Below are positions 12,481 to 25,410 of a stretch of 64,000 nucleotides of DNA, piece after piece. How positions within the stretch are numbered: the first letter of the stretch is position 1; each line of letters opens with the position of its first letter. The stretch lies in contig CM075981.1 of the NCBI GenBank assembly GCA_038087875.1, forward strand, positions 69,316,001-69,380,000, in the 5' to 3' direction. The notes beneath the pieces were generated by a model. That model had not been told where the DNA came from, did not search any database, and was given only the letters and a program-made list of their open reading frames with translations. The position numbers were made by a program, and so were the translations under genes. This stretch comes from Malacoraja senta. Lineage: Eukaryota.

Positions 12481-12879
12481 TTGGTCATCCCAAGACTCTA
12501 CTGCAAGCCATCTTCAGGGATTAAATATATTTTTCATGGCACTGTTTTTTGAGTGGTCGCAGATGAATATCTCAATGTTTTAACATGGACAAAGTGTATT
12601 GTGCCCATATGTACAATATCCAATGAAACTAATTTAACTAATCGAAAATTAAGGCTAATTTCTTTTCCCTTTTCACATTGGTAAAAAGCAGTCATCACAT
12701 TACATTATTGCAGATCACAGCCAGGTGAAAGACAATTTTTTTGTGTAGACAGGGTTTGGGAGCGTGATGACAAGAAATGTTACAAATCTCTAGAACTGCA
12801 TGCAGCCTTTCGTTTTTCATCAAACTTTAGGGAGGAGCCCTCTGGCTGGGCTAAGAAGCCAATATATTTATGTACTGGA

Positions 12880-13094
12880 CACAAAAACCTGGAGTAACTC
12901 AGCGGGACAGGCAGCATCTCTGGAGAGAAGGAATGGGTGACGTTACAGGTCGAGACCCTTTTTCAGACTGAAGAAGGGTCTCGACCCGAAACGTCACCAT
13001 TCCTTCTCTCCAGAGATGCTGCCTGTCCCGCTGAGTTACTCCAGCTTTTTGTGTCTATCTTCGGTTCAAACCAGCATCTGTCGTTCCTTCCTAC
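12880..13094. mobile_element. Palindromic Penelope-derived mini-element with hammerhead core (intact on + at 12968-12995)
   Basis: ~88-bp inverted arms centred on TTCAG-A-CTGAA (12962-12972); 16-bp TSD ATATTTATGTACTGGA at 12864-12879 and 13095-13110. Confidence 0.88.
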
Positions 13095-13396
13095 ATATTT
13101 ATGTACTGGAGATGTGCCCTCAATTGTAGTCTCAGCTTGAATACAAACTAGATGTAATAGACTGAACAAACTGAAGGATATAATTAAATTAGATTATCCC
13201 ATGCAGGAGTTCTCATGAAGCTTTCTATCCAAGTCACGTCAAACCTCAACACCAAATTTTGAATCCTACTGCTATCTGGCTTTTAAACATGGCAGCATTT
13301 CTTCATGCAACAGAAAGTAGTAATTAACTAATTAGAAAGAGAAACAAACAAAAAAATCCCACTAGGCCTGTACGATAAAGTAGTCGCATCACTCAC

Positions 13397-13706
13397 CAAA
13401 TCTGACCGATGTTCACCAACGAATGATACAGGATCCATAAGATGAACATGATAATCATATTGGCACATCCAGTGACCAATACAAACACCGATAGTCCCAT
13501 TCCCAACAAAGCAATATTGTTTAGATGTACGTCCATGTCAGACCAATCCAGGAACCACAGAATTGTTGGTGCATAACTGAAAGCTTCAATGCCAACTTTA
13601 CCCCCAGCATATTGTTGAACCTTCCGTAAATACAGATGGCTTGGTAGCAATCCTTCCTTTCCCAGTAACTGCCTGTTTTGGTGGTAAGCAACAGAAAAGG
13701 CCATGA
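13397..13706 (-). CDS. LMF1: Lipase maturation factor 1, coding exon 2 (310 bp)
   Basis: Translates (F)MAFSVAYHQNRQLLGKEGLLPSHLYL...SYAPTILWFLDWSDMD...GCANMIIMFILWILYHSLVNIGQI(W), matching LMF1 (AFHQNKQLIGDRGLLP...DWSDM...GCANM...SLVNVGHVW). Polypyrimidine tract plus CAG acceptor (13709-13707) and GTGAGT donor at 13396. Phase is compatible with exon 1. Confidence 0.97.
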
Positions 13707-15007
13707 CTGAAAAAAAAAGATAATTATTAGTGAATAACATTGAATGAAGCACAACAAAAATCCCACGTAAATTTATCTTAACCTCTTGGAACACTGACAC
13801 ACTTGACATTATATAAGACGGATGGTGATAACAAATGCTCAACACTTAGGTCAAAATTAAAATTATCTTGCCAAAAATGTCTGTTCTAGTACTAATGCCA
13901 GATTTGAAATTGTGTTCTTAGATTGGGTTTTCGTTTAAGAAACAAATATCAAGAATTACAACACTACACAAATCACTTCCAATTGAAAATAAATCCACTA
14001 CAAAAGGAACGTATGAAACTTTCTACGAGTTGCACAAAGTCAACATTTTTTATACCGGTTTCATCATGTCTTACACACCAATACAGGGATTAGCCAGACA
14101 TGCAGTACAATGGGCACATGGAGAACACATGCATGGTCCACAAAGGCAAGGGCCACTGATGTTGAAGCAAGCCTTGACAATGTTTGTCAAGCTCACTTTG
14201 TTGTAACTTAAAGGAATCCCTTCAGGGAACCCCGGAAACTCTTGTCCCTATTCCACCTCCAGTACATAGTTAAATCTTTAAGTGAAAGAAACATACATGC
14301 CCAACATGGGGATTTTCTTTCCTAATGTCATTCCTTTCTTTATTTTTTTTACAGGTGTAATTTAGCTTCCAAACCTCCCTGCTTCATTTGGTCATCCATA
14401 AATTAAAAAGACAAACTGGTTAGAGCAAACTTTTACCTCTTCCAAAACTAAATCCAAATTTAAATCGCCTGTAACATGGGCATTACTATGAATATAATTT
14501 CACGTACTTAAATTAAAGCTAGGTAAATTCTAAACTGATCTCAATTCATCGATTGAAACTTCTGGATAAATTAAAGCAGTTTAGAGTCATACCAGAAGCA
14601 TGAAAACCATGTCAATCCTGGGCTGGGTGAGCTAAACTGGGACTAAGAAACAAATTTTAGTGGATGCAACACTCTTACAAAAATTTAAAAACTGTAGATG
14701 GTGTAAATCTGAAATAAAGACACAATATGCTAGAAACACTCAGCAAGCCAGACACATTTCCAGTAGGAGAAACAGATTTAATATCGGGGAGTCAAGTCGA
14801 ACATCCATTGCAAATACCTTCTCTTGTCTTTGGCTTTTCACAAAAATACTTTTTTTCTGAAACTATGCAATCACACTAAAAAGTGAATCACAACCTAGTT
14901 AAAGATTAATTTAGTACATTGCATGTATCAGAAATATTTAAACATTTTTTTCCCTCAATGGCAACATTTCTGAAGAAATAATTGAGTAAAAGCTACAAAA
15001 TGGGGAG

Positions 15008-15585
15008 TTCAGTTTAGTTTAATGTCATGTGTACCGAGGTACATTGAGAAGCTTTTGGTGCATGCTATCCAGTCAACAGAAAGATGATTACATGATTACA
15101 ATCGAGCCATTTACAGTGTACAGATACATGATAAGGGAATAACGTTTAGTGCAAGATTAAGCCAGCAAAGTCCAATCAATGATAGTCCGAGGGTTACCAA
15201 CGAAGTAGATAGTAGTTCAGCACAGCTCTCTGGTTGTGGTAGAATGATTCTGTTGCCTGATAACAGCTGGGAAGAAACCGTCCCTGAATCTGGTGGTGTG
15301 CGTTTACACACTTCTATACCTTTTGCCTGATGGGAGAGGGGAGAAGCGGAAGTGGCCAGGGTGCAACTCATCCTTGATTATGCTGCTGGCCATGTCAAGG
15401 CAGCATGAGGTATAAATAGAATCAATAAAAGGAAGGTTGGTTTGTGTGATGGTCTGGGCTGCGTCCACAATTCGCTGCAACTTCTTGCGGTCTTGGATGG
15501 AGCTGTTCACAAACCAAGCTGTAATGCATCCTGATAAAATGCTTTCTATGGTGCATCTGTATAAGTTGGTGAGAATTGTGAAACT
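15008..15585 (-). mobile_element. Rex1/Babar LINE 3' end
   Basis: LTNLYRCTIESILSGCITAWF..DRKKLQRIV..IIKDELHPGHFRFSPLPSGKRYR; (CTAAA)n-like tail; the same 3' UTR occurs on + at ~19572-19843. Confidence 0.85.
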
Positions 15586-16204
15586 TAACATTATTGCATA
15601 GTGAAGCAGTCAGTTAGACCACCCTTTGCAACAGTACACAAATCACTTCCAATTGTAAATAAATAAGTCACAAAAGGAAAGTAGGAGACTTACTGTGTGT
15701 TTCACAAAGTCAACAATTTTCATTCAAGTTTCTCCCTGAGTGCAAGGAGGGAAGGTGTGCAGCCAGAGCTGGGAGTATGGAGTGCTGCCAGGGCTCTGGT
15801 CTGGAACACGAGGGGTTGAGAATGTAAGTAGGTTTGTGCTAAGAGCCAGGTACTAAGTACCTGTACATTTCCTGTTCTCCTTAGTCACTGGGTCACTGAA
15901 AAATGTATTATATTACTACTTTGTAATGTGTAAAAATAATAATGAAATAAAAGTGCATTTTGATATTGATAGTAACATCCAATAATCTTAAAAGATCTAT
16001 GGCTCAGGCACCTAAGTCCCAAAACTGCAGGATTACAGGAGTTTTACTGTAATTCCCTACCTCATCAAAAACGTAACACCAGGGCAAGTACAGGCACTCC
16101 CTGACTTACGTAACATCTGACATACACAAGAGCCCCCGGGACGTAACCCTTACATGAATCTTGAAGCGTCTGTATCTTCTGCTTGGGAAAGTAAAAATAG
16201 TCCT

Positions 16205-16400
16205 TTATTTCCATTTGACCATCACTTTAATTCTCCATCTCATTCCCACTCTGACACCTCTGTGGCTTCCTGTACTGTTATAACAAGGCTTATCGCAAGC
16301 TGCAGGAACCGTGCCTATCCTCCATGTGGGCATGCAGCGGTGTTCCAAACTCAATATCAAATTGAACATCTTCAGCTCACTGACTTTCTCCGCTCCCTCT
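16205..16400 (+). mobile_element. Old Penelope-like GIY-YIG fragment
   Basis: HHFNSPSHSHSD motif typical of the PLE endonuclease region. Another PLE-like remnant (IILHNFHHL..TRHT) lies at ~33135-33230. Confidence 0.5.
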
Positions 16401-19400
16401 CATTGATATTCCTCCTCTTCTCTTGGCCCTGTTAATGGAATACTTCTTGCATCTCCTACTGTAGGAATATATTCAAAGTAGTTGTTCAGTGTTTCAACCA
16501 CTTCCATATTCCTATAAATTTGCCTATATCTTCCAGCAAGGAACCAAAATGTATTTTAACTCTTCTTTACCTTTTTATAGATTCACCGAAGATCTTACTG
16601 TCTGTTTTTATAATTCTTTCAAACTTATTCTTAACCTATCTCCTCCCTTCCCTCTTAGCAGGTTTCTACAATCAGATTTTCCCAATCAGTCCCGCCACCT
16701 AATCTCTAACTTCAGAAGCCGAGGATGTATCATTGTCTGCATTTAATTTATTTCTCAATAAAATATATATTTCTTAAGATTTATTAAATATTCCCCTTAA
16801 TGTATCATCTTAAGATTTTCGAATCTACCTTAGCCATTACTACCTTTATACTTGTCTGATTGCCTTATTTGTATTTCAGACATTTGTTTCAAACTCTAGC
16901 TTCTCACTCTGAATTTGAAATTCTATCATATCATCACTCTTCCTCAGAGGATCCTTCACTATCTGATCATTAATTAATCCTATTCCCTGCTTGGTTCCAC
17001 AACCTATTGCTCTAAGAAAGCATCCTAAATATATTCCATGAACTCATCCTCAAAATCACCCTTCGCAAATTAAATTTATCCAATCTTTTGATGATTATAG
17101 CTGCCCATGATGATTGAAGTACCTTTCTTACACGACCCATTACTTTCAGGTTTATAATCTGTAACTATAAAGCGGATTACAGACAACTCACACCAGTGAT
17201 TTATTTCTCTTGAAATCTCTTACATTTGCCGAGGGGGCCACTGAGCACAAACGAGCTGCTGAATTAATTTACAATGTAAAAAGTGACTATGCTGTTCATT
17301 TCATATGTTGCTGTATTTGCAATCGCTTTATCAATGGAATGTATCCAGAAAAGAAACACTAGCAGGCAAAATATACATTTTCTGGACACTCCATATGTGA
17401 ACATACAGGAACATAAGAAGTCGCTGTAGGCATTATAAGGGTTCACTGAAACAGGTGGGACCAGGTTAGAGACTCCAGTGATACAAACCATAGCGACAGT
17501 AGAACAACTTGTGTAACTTCAACAAGCCTGAGGTGGACAAGGACAGAATGCCAATGTGCCAAATACCTAAACCCTTGCAAGTGTAAAAACTTGTAAAACC
17601 TGAAGAGATCTAAATAGCGAATGACAAGACAAATTACTCCGGGCTTGGCAGATACTGCACATTCAAAAGCGTTGCAGTAAATTTACAAGGTAGTAATTTA
17701 ACATAAGAGAGAGAAAAGGAACTTAGAACGATCAAGGCTGAATCCATTCTGCTGTCTTTCTATGACATTAGTTAGAGATCAGTTTGGTTATTAAATGATC
17801 TGGTGGATTAAATCTATAATCTTCAACATTTAAGTTTTGTTAAGGGTCAACAACATTTAAGTTTTGTACATCGATTTTAATAACCATCCTACACCTTTAG
17901 TTACTAAGACACTGGATGCAAATTCCTGAAATAACTGTGTGCATAATACTAACCCTCTGCATTCTCTCACTACATCTCAGAAAATATTAGGACTGAAACA
18001 TGCCAGTTTACAATAAAAACAATTGCAGGGATTTTAAATACAATCTATATACTTGTTGTAAGCATATCTTATTGATTAATCACAACCATTTCAATTAAAA
18101 CATTTCTTACCCAGCTGGAAATAATTTTATTTTCCAATAAGTTCTCTTCTTCAACATCTCTACTTTCATTATAAACCAAATGTATAATCGGTCCTTTTTA
18201 TTGACAATTACACTCCTCCCGTTTGCAGATATTTTCAAACCCACCCGTGGATCTCCAATATGAGCAATCAGTTCCATCGACTGTTCCTGCCACTTTCACC
18301 TTTCCACAAACCTGCTTTCTTTTTATTCAGAACCTTTTTTTACAGCCCCTTTTGTTAACGTGCGAAAGAGACACAAAAGGGAGTCAAGAAAAAAAGATTT
18401 TTATCTGCAGTGACCAACCCTACACAAAGAGGTGTCAGTCATTAATAGGATCCATGAACTTACACGGAAGATCAGTAAACAACTCCTGTTTTGTATCTGT
18501 TCTTTTGAACTGGGAGGACCATTCAATAAAAAGTACAGTAGTAAAACTAGCTTATTACGTATCGTGTGCAGTATGTGTAGTGCTATTGTTCTTTCAGCTG
18601 ATATAAAATGCAGCGAGATAATTGCGTGGTTGATAACTCAAACGTTTTTCCTATGTAACGAATCCAAGTGCAAGATTACAGAGGCTACAGTTTCAAATTA
18701 AACAGCACAACCTCTTCCAGCTGCAGTATACAAGAGGGAAGAAAGGAAACCTACATATTCTGCAAAATATTCAATTCGATGTATGTCAGGCACAAAATAC
18801 AATAGGTTGTGTGTGAGGCTTGCTTTTAATAAAAGATTTGAATAAATTGATTCATAACTACCTTACTGAAACGTGTGGAAAAACCTAACTCTGAGCACAA
18901 TCTATCTTCATATTTCCTCACTACTCAAAGCGTTTATGCAACCTACAATTATACATTTTTTTAAGAGTGGTGTATGCATTTAAAATCCAGCTAAAATCAT
19001 AAGTTATGCACCAGAGTATGTTTATTTTTCAAAGCAACTGCCTGAGCATTTATTTCATTGAAACAGAACATGCGATAACAGACAGCTGGTCAGGCTGCAT
19101 CAATGGAATCCAGGCGATAATGTTTAGAGTTGATATTTGGTCAGAACTGAGGAACATTTGAAAGACACTGAATGAGACCAAGAGAAGGGAGAAGAGAACC
19201 AAAGGGAAAATCTGTGATAGGATGGGACAAGAGAGAAAGTGAGAAAAGGGATAATAATGCAAGGTGATAAAAAATGGTAAACGATGAGTGAGTAGCAATT
19301 AATTGGTTAGGAGGAGGTGCAAGTGGAAGAAGAAGGAGCAGAGGCAGAGAAACTGGGACAACAGAATGTAATCCTTGTAAGACGTAAGGTGGAAAAAATG

Positions 19401-19571
19401 GTCCAAGTAGCTAAAGGTATTATTAGGTTTTCAGAAGATACTAATCACTAATCCAGCTTCTCAAATTGAGATTGCGAGGTTGAGAATGGGAAAGAAGAAG
19501 CTAGAGCATATGACGGTGAGAGCAAGGAGGAAAGTGGCAACAAAGGTAATAAAAGTTTCCAATTCAATGTG

Positions 19572-19843
19572 AAAACGCACAGCTCCAGATTCAGGGACAG
19601 TTTTATCCTAGCTGTAATCAGGCAACTGAACCATCCTACCACAACTAGAGAGCAGTCCTGAACTACTATCTACCTCAATAGAGACCCTCAGACTATCTTT
19701 GATCGATCTTTACTGGCTTTATCTGGCAGTAAATGTTATTCATGTTATTCCCTTTATCATGTATCTTTACACTGTGGATGGCTTGATTGTAATCATGTAT
19801 TGTCTTTCCGCTGATTGGTTAGCACGCAACAAAAGCTTTTCAA
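19572..19843 (+). mobile_element. Rex1/Babar 3' UTR fragment
   Basis: Reverse-complement similarity to 15050-15305. Confidence 0.75.
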
Positions 19844-21619
19844 TTAAGGGAATATCTTTGAACTATTAATATTTACTACATTAGCATTCTCCCTGCAACA
19901 ATTGGGGTCTGTATAACAATTATTGGTTACCTAGCTCATACAACATTTATACAGAACAACTCATTTTGCCATTTTATTAAGCAAAGGTCTGCCATGCTGC
20001 CACTTGAATGAATATGATCATGGCTGATCATCCACAATCAATGAATCAAACTGCATTTCTCCATTTTATTCTATTCTACAACCCCATTTACATGTGTTTG
20101 GTCCATATCCCTCTAAATCATTCCTTCCCATGTAGCTGTCTAATTATCATTTAGATGTCACCATTGTACTCACCTCTATCAGTCCCTCTGGCAGCTCATG
20201 CCATGCACACACCACCTTTTATGAGAAGAAATTGCCCCTCAAGTCTCTTTTAAATCTTTCCCCTGTCATCTTAGACCTATGCCCTCTTGTTCTGGATTGC
20301 TCTATCCTGGGGAAAAAGACTGTGACCATGCATGTTATCTATGCCTCACATGATTTTGTATAATGCCATCCCTGAGCCCCATACGCACCAGAGAAAAAAA
20401 TCCAGCTTATCCACCCTCTCCCTATAACTTGTCAACTTTCATTTTTTTAAATTTTATCTAACCAGGTGTTAATGCGAAACCAGAATGAGTGCTGGCACAA
20501 TGATAACAACTATTCTTGCAACCTTTTGGCTATCACAGTGTGGCCACGTACCAAGACGATTTTCAGGATTTGTTTTAGAGAAAAACAAAGAACAATTCAG
20601 GTGCTCATGTTAATTGATAGCTCAAGGGAAAGTCTGTTTCCAGCAGAGAGAAAACCCAACATCATCAACTGAATCACTCAGAAAGAAAGGAATATACCCA
20701 TGGTAAAAATGGCCAACCTATAAATTCTGAAGAGAACCTCTGTACGTCTTACACTCTTTGTGAGGTGATGCCTGTTCACATTATTGCAAATCACCCGACA
20801 TGCTCCCATAGCCGTTTCCCAAGACCCTGTCAAGATCATTCTTTACCCCGTTTGCTGTAGAATCCTGTGAATTCCTCATCACATTTTCTCGTCTTCCTCC
20901 CTGCGGGTGAATGTTTAGCTTCCACTTCCTGAAACCAAAACCGGCCCGTCTCAGCCAGTCAGGAAAAGTAAAGCGCTAAGACACTCAGCAGGTCAGGAAC
21001 CATCTGTCACAAGAACATGTCAACTTCACAGATATTCAACAAATCCTCAGAATTAGGAAGGATTCAAAATTCAAAGCATCAGCGTGGTCTCCCAGTGGAT
21101 GCTCCACAACCTTCTGAATGCCTCTACTGTTTCTTGACTTTGCCTCAGATTTCTAACCAGGCAGGTTTCCTGACCTATTAAAAGTCACCTGCCAATTATT
21201 GCACAGGATAGGAAGTGCCTCGACTTTCTCTAAACATTCATACCCACTCCTGGCAGGTGATCTGAAAGCACTTTTCACAACTGTGTATTACCCCAAAGCA
21301 CTTTAGGAACTGTGAAGTACTTTAAAAAAATAGTCACTATGGTAAGGTACGGGACATGGCAAAGGAAACCTCCTCCCAATAAATGGTAGGAATTAAACAA
21401 CTTGGCTGCAGATATGACCTTCAATTAAATAGACGTGGTGGTGGATTCAGGTGAGAGATATGTATAGCACCAGGTAATAAGCAGATGTAATAGGTAATGA
21501 TAATACCAGGAGCAATATAAATAATTTAAATGTAACATGAAGAGACAGTGTACACAACAATAATAGTGTGGCAGCAAATACATCAAAGACCAAATGATAA
21601 AAATGTCAAAATTGAATAC

Positions 21620-23395
21620 TGTTCATCTAAATCCATAAAGCATTTGGAACAAGATTGATGAATGACTGACACAAACACAGATCTGAGCTAACAGCCATTG
21701 GAAGAACATGGTGACAAACGGATTGAGGCAAGCAAATTAAAATTCCAAGGTGTTTGACATTTAAGGAAAAAGGCAGAATGAAAAATGAGATTGGAAGGTG
21801 ATGAGCGAGGTAGCTTTGATTAAAAACATGGCAGTAGTGAGAAGGACCATGGCTCAAAGATCAGAAGAACAAGAAGGTACAAGGAGAAGTAAGAACTAAT
21901 GGATCTGATATGTAACACTCATCGCAGATGCTATATTGTAGGACTATCAATCAAGAAACAATGGGGTTTAACGTGGCAATGCAAATAATTAAGCACTTTA
22001 CTGCTGAGGATTTGTGAATGTCCAAAACTAGAGCCTTAAGCTTAATGAAAATAATTACACAAGTACAGAGAGCAAGTTTGCTAGATTGAGAAATTAATTG
22101 AAAAGTATAACAGTAAAAGCATACACCGAGAAATATTTACCGTACTTCTGAATGAATAGGTATTCCACTGAAAAATGTACATATGACCAGGAACATGATT
22201 GTTCACAGTTTATGAATCCATTATATTGAAATTAATGAACAATTTGCTAAGAATAAAAGTAGGCCTGAACATAAGGTGAATTTTAGAAACCAGCAACAGA
22301 TAATTAAAATTGATAAGGGCAGAGTAAATGGAACATGAGAATGAGGTAGGAAGAAATACAAAGAAAAAGATGTGTGAAGGAGTATAAAAATGTCCACATT
22401 GGTGCCTTAAAACTACAAGAGAGTAGGTAATAATGCAGGATATGGAAATGGTGCAGACTTTAAACAAATATTTTGTATCCGTCTTCACAGTAGAAGATAA
22501 TAACAGCATACCAAAAACAGTAGGTAACCAAGGGGCCACAGTGAGGACTTGAAACAATATCACTGAAGAAAAATACTTGTCAAATTAATATGACTGTGTC
22601 TGGCGAATCCTTTGCCACTGATAACTGTGCCCCAAGGTCTAAATGAGGTGGCTACAGAGATATTGGATGAATTGGATTGTTTTTTTCCAAAATTAACTAG
22701 ATTCTTTAAAAGTCTTACAAATTGGTAAAGTAGATGTAAATGTTCAAAAGAAGACAAAAATACAGGGAACTAATGGCCAGTTAACCTAACATCTGTGGTT
22801 GGGTAAAATGCTGGAAACCATTACAAAGGAAGTGATAAAGAACACTTCAAGGGCATAACATGATTAAGCAGAGTAAACATGTATAACAGAGTATAACAGG
22901 AAAATTGTGATTAATATACATTAGAATTCTAGGAAGATGTGACCAGCAGAGTGGTTAAAAAAAAGACCACAGCTACAGTGCATTTGGATTTTCCAGAGCA
23001 TTCGATAAGATGCTACATAAATATTACTGCACAAGATAACAGCTTGTGGGCTTATATGCATTGTTCAGAAGGATGAGAGGTAATCTAATTAAAACATACA
23101 TGATTCTGAAATGGCCTGACAGTACAATTGCAGTGAAAATGTTGCTTCTCGGAGTCCAGAACTAAGGAGCATTGTTCCAGAATGAAGGTTACTCGTTTAA
23201 GACAATACTGGAATAATTCCTTCTCTCAAAGGTTTGTTGTTTGAATTCTCCATTTCAGAAACCTATGGCGACTGAATCATTGAATATATATTCAACAGTG
23301 AGACAGATGCTTGATGAGTCAAGAGAAACATAAACAGGCAAGAAAGTGGGTCTGAAACTGTGATCAGGTCAATCATAATTTTATTCAATTATGAT
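21620..23395 (+). mobile_element. Old decayed CR1-clade LINE
   Basis: Degenerate matches to the young CR1 (TCTGTCTTCAC, GAGGTGGCTACAGAGAT, CCAGTTAACCTAACATCTGTGGT, TGGATTTTCCAGAGCATTCGATAAG). Confidence 0.75.
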
Positions 23396-23409
23396 AAGTT
23401 TTAATTCGC

Positions 23410-25410
23410 AATTTGAGAGGGAGAAGGTAAAATCGGAAGGGTGAGTATTACAGTTGAACTATGGGGACTATGGAGGCATGAGGGAGGAGCCGGCCAAAGT
23501 TGACTGGAAAGGGACCCAAGCAGGGATGACGGTGGAACAGCAATGGCAGGTATTTCTGGGAATAATCCAGAAGATGCAGGATCATTTAATTCCAAAGAGG
23601 AAGAAAGATTCTAAGGGGAGTAAGAGGCGACCGTGGCTGACAAGGGAAGTCAAGGACAGTATAAAAATAAAAGAGAAGACGTATAACATAACAAAGATGA
23701 GCGGGAAGCCAGAAGATTGGGAAACTTAAACATCTACAGAAGGCAACTAAAAAGGCAATATTGGGAGAAAAGATGAAGTACGAAGGTAAGCTAGCCAAGA
23801 AGATAAAGGAGGATAGTAAAAGCTTCTTTAGGTATGTGAAGAGGAAAAAATTAGTTAAGACAAATGTGGGTCCCCTGAAGACAGAAACAGGCAAATTTAT
23901 TATCGGGAACAAGGAAATGGCAGACGAGTTGAACAGGTACTTTGGTTCTGTCTTCACTAAGGAAGACACAAACAATCTCCCATATGTACTAGTGGCCAGA
24001 GGACCTTGGGTGACAGAGGAACTGAAGGAAATTCACATTAGGCAGGAAATGGTGTTGGGTAGACTGATGGGACTGAAGGCTGATAAATCCCCAGAGCCTG
24101 ATGGTCTGCATCCCAGGGTACTCAAGGAGGTGGCTCTAGAAATCGTGGACGCATTCGTGATCATTTTCCAATGTTCAAGAGACTCTGGATCAGTTCCTGT
24201 GGATTGGAGGGTAGCTAATGTTATCCCACGTTTTAAGAAAGGAGGGAGAGAGAAATCAGGGAATTATAGACCAGTTAGCCTGACATCGGTGGTGGGGAAG
24301 ATACTGGAGTCGATTATTAAAGATGTAATAGCGGCACATTTGGATAGCAGTAACAGGATCAGTCAGCATGGATTTACGAAGGGGAAATCATGCTTGACTA
24401 ATCTTCTGGAATTTCTTGAGGATGCAACAAGTAAAATGGATAAGGGAGAGCAAGCGGATGTAGCGTACCTGGACTTTCAGAAAGCCTTTGATAAGGTCCC
24501 ACATAGGAGATTCGTGGGCAAAATTAGAGCACATGTTATTGGGGGTAGGGTACTGACATGGATAGAAAATTGGTTGGCAGACAGGAAACAAAGTGTAGTG
24601 ATTAACGGGTCCCTTTCAGAATGGCAGGCAGTAACTAGTGGGGTGCTGCAAGGCTCGGTGCTGGGACTGCAGCTATTTACAACATACATTAATGATTTAG
24701 ATGAAGGAATTAAAAATAACATTAGCAAATTTGCAGATGACACAAAGCTGGGTGGCAGTGTAAACTGTGAAGAGGATGCTATGATGCAGGATGACTTGGA
24801 CAGGTTGGGTGAGTGGGCAGATGCAGTATAATGTGGATAAATGTGAGGTTATCCACTTTGGTGGCAAGAACAGGAAGGCAGATTATCTGAATGGTGTCAG
24901 GTTAGGAAAAGGGGAAGTACGAGACCTGGGTGTCCTTGTACATCAGTCACTGAATGTAAGCATGCAGGTACAGCAGGCAATGAAGAAAGCTAAAGGCATG
25001 TTGGAATTTAGAAGAATGAGAGGGGATCTTATAGAAAGAAAAAAAATATTAAGGGATTGCACAAGCTAGATGCAGGAAACATGTTCCCGATGTTGGGGGA
25101 GTCCAGAACCAGGGGCCACAGTTTAAGAATAAGGGAACTTAAAGAATTTAGAACTGAGATGAGGAAAAACCTTTTCACCCAGAGAGTTGTGAATTTGTGG
25201 AATTCTCTGCCTCAGAAGGTAGTGGAGGGCGATTCACTGGATGCCTTCAAAAGAGTTAGATAGAGCTCTTAGGGCTCACGGAATCAAGGGATGTGGGGAG
25301 AAGGCAGGAACGAGGTACTGATTGTGGATGATCAGCCATGATCACATTGAATGACGGTGCTGGCTCAAAGGGCCAAATGGCCTACTCCTGCACCTATTGT
25401 CTATGTATCT
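23410..25410 (+). mobile_element. Young 5'-truncated CR1-clade (HER1-like) LINE with 356-aa RT ORF remnant
   Basis: ORF 23761-24831 has KSPEPDGLHPRVLKE, NYRPVSLTSVVGK, QHGF, DFQKAFDKVPH, QGSVLG and FADDTK motifs; frameshifts and an internal deletion near 25003; typical GATCAGCCATGAT..GGCCTACTCCTGCACCTAT 3' end. Confidence 0.95.

Noticed and set aside
12880-13094. Palindromes as pre-miRNA genes or DNA-transposon MITEs
   Set aside because: They are high-copy, match Penelope termini and have long variable TSDs.
1-13396. LMF1 exon 3 (expected from recall of human LMF1 to be a micro-exon encoding W-Y-S-F-G)
   Set aside because: I found no AG|G-TAY-TCN-TTY-G|GT match by eye; it is probably beyond the window, although I could have missed it.
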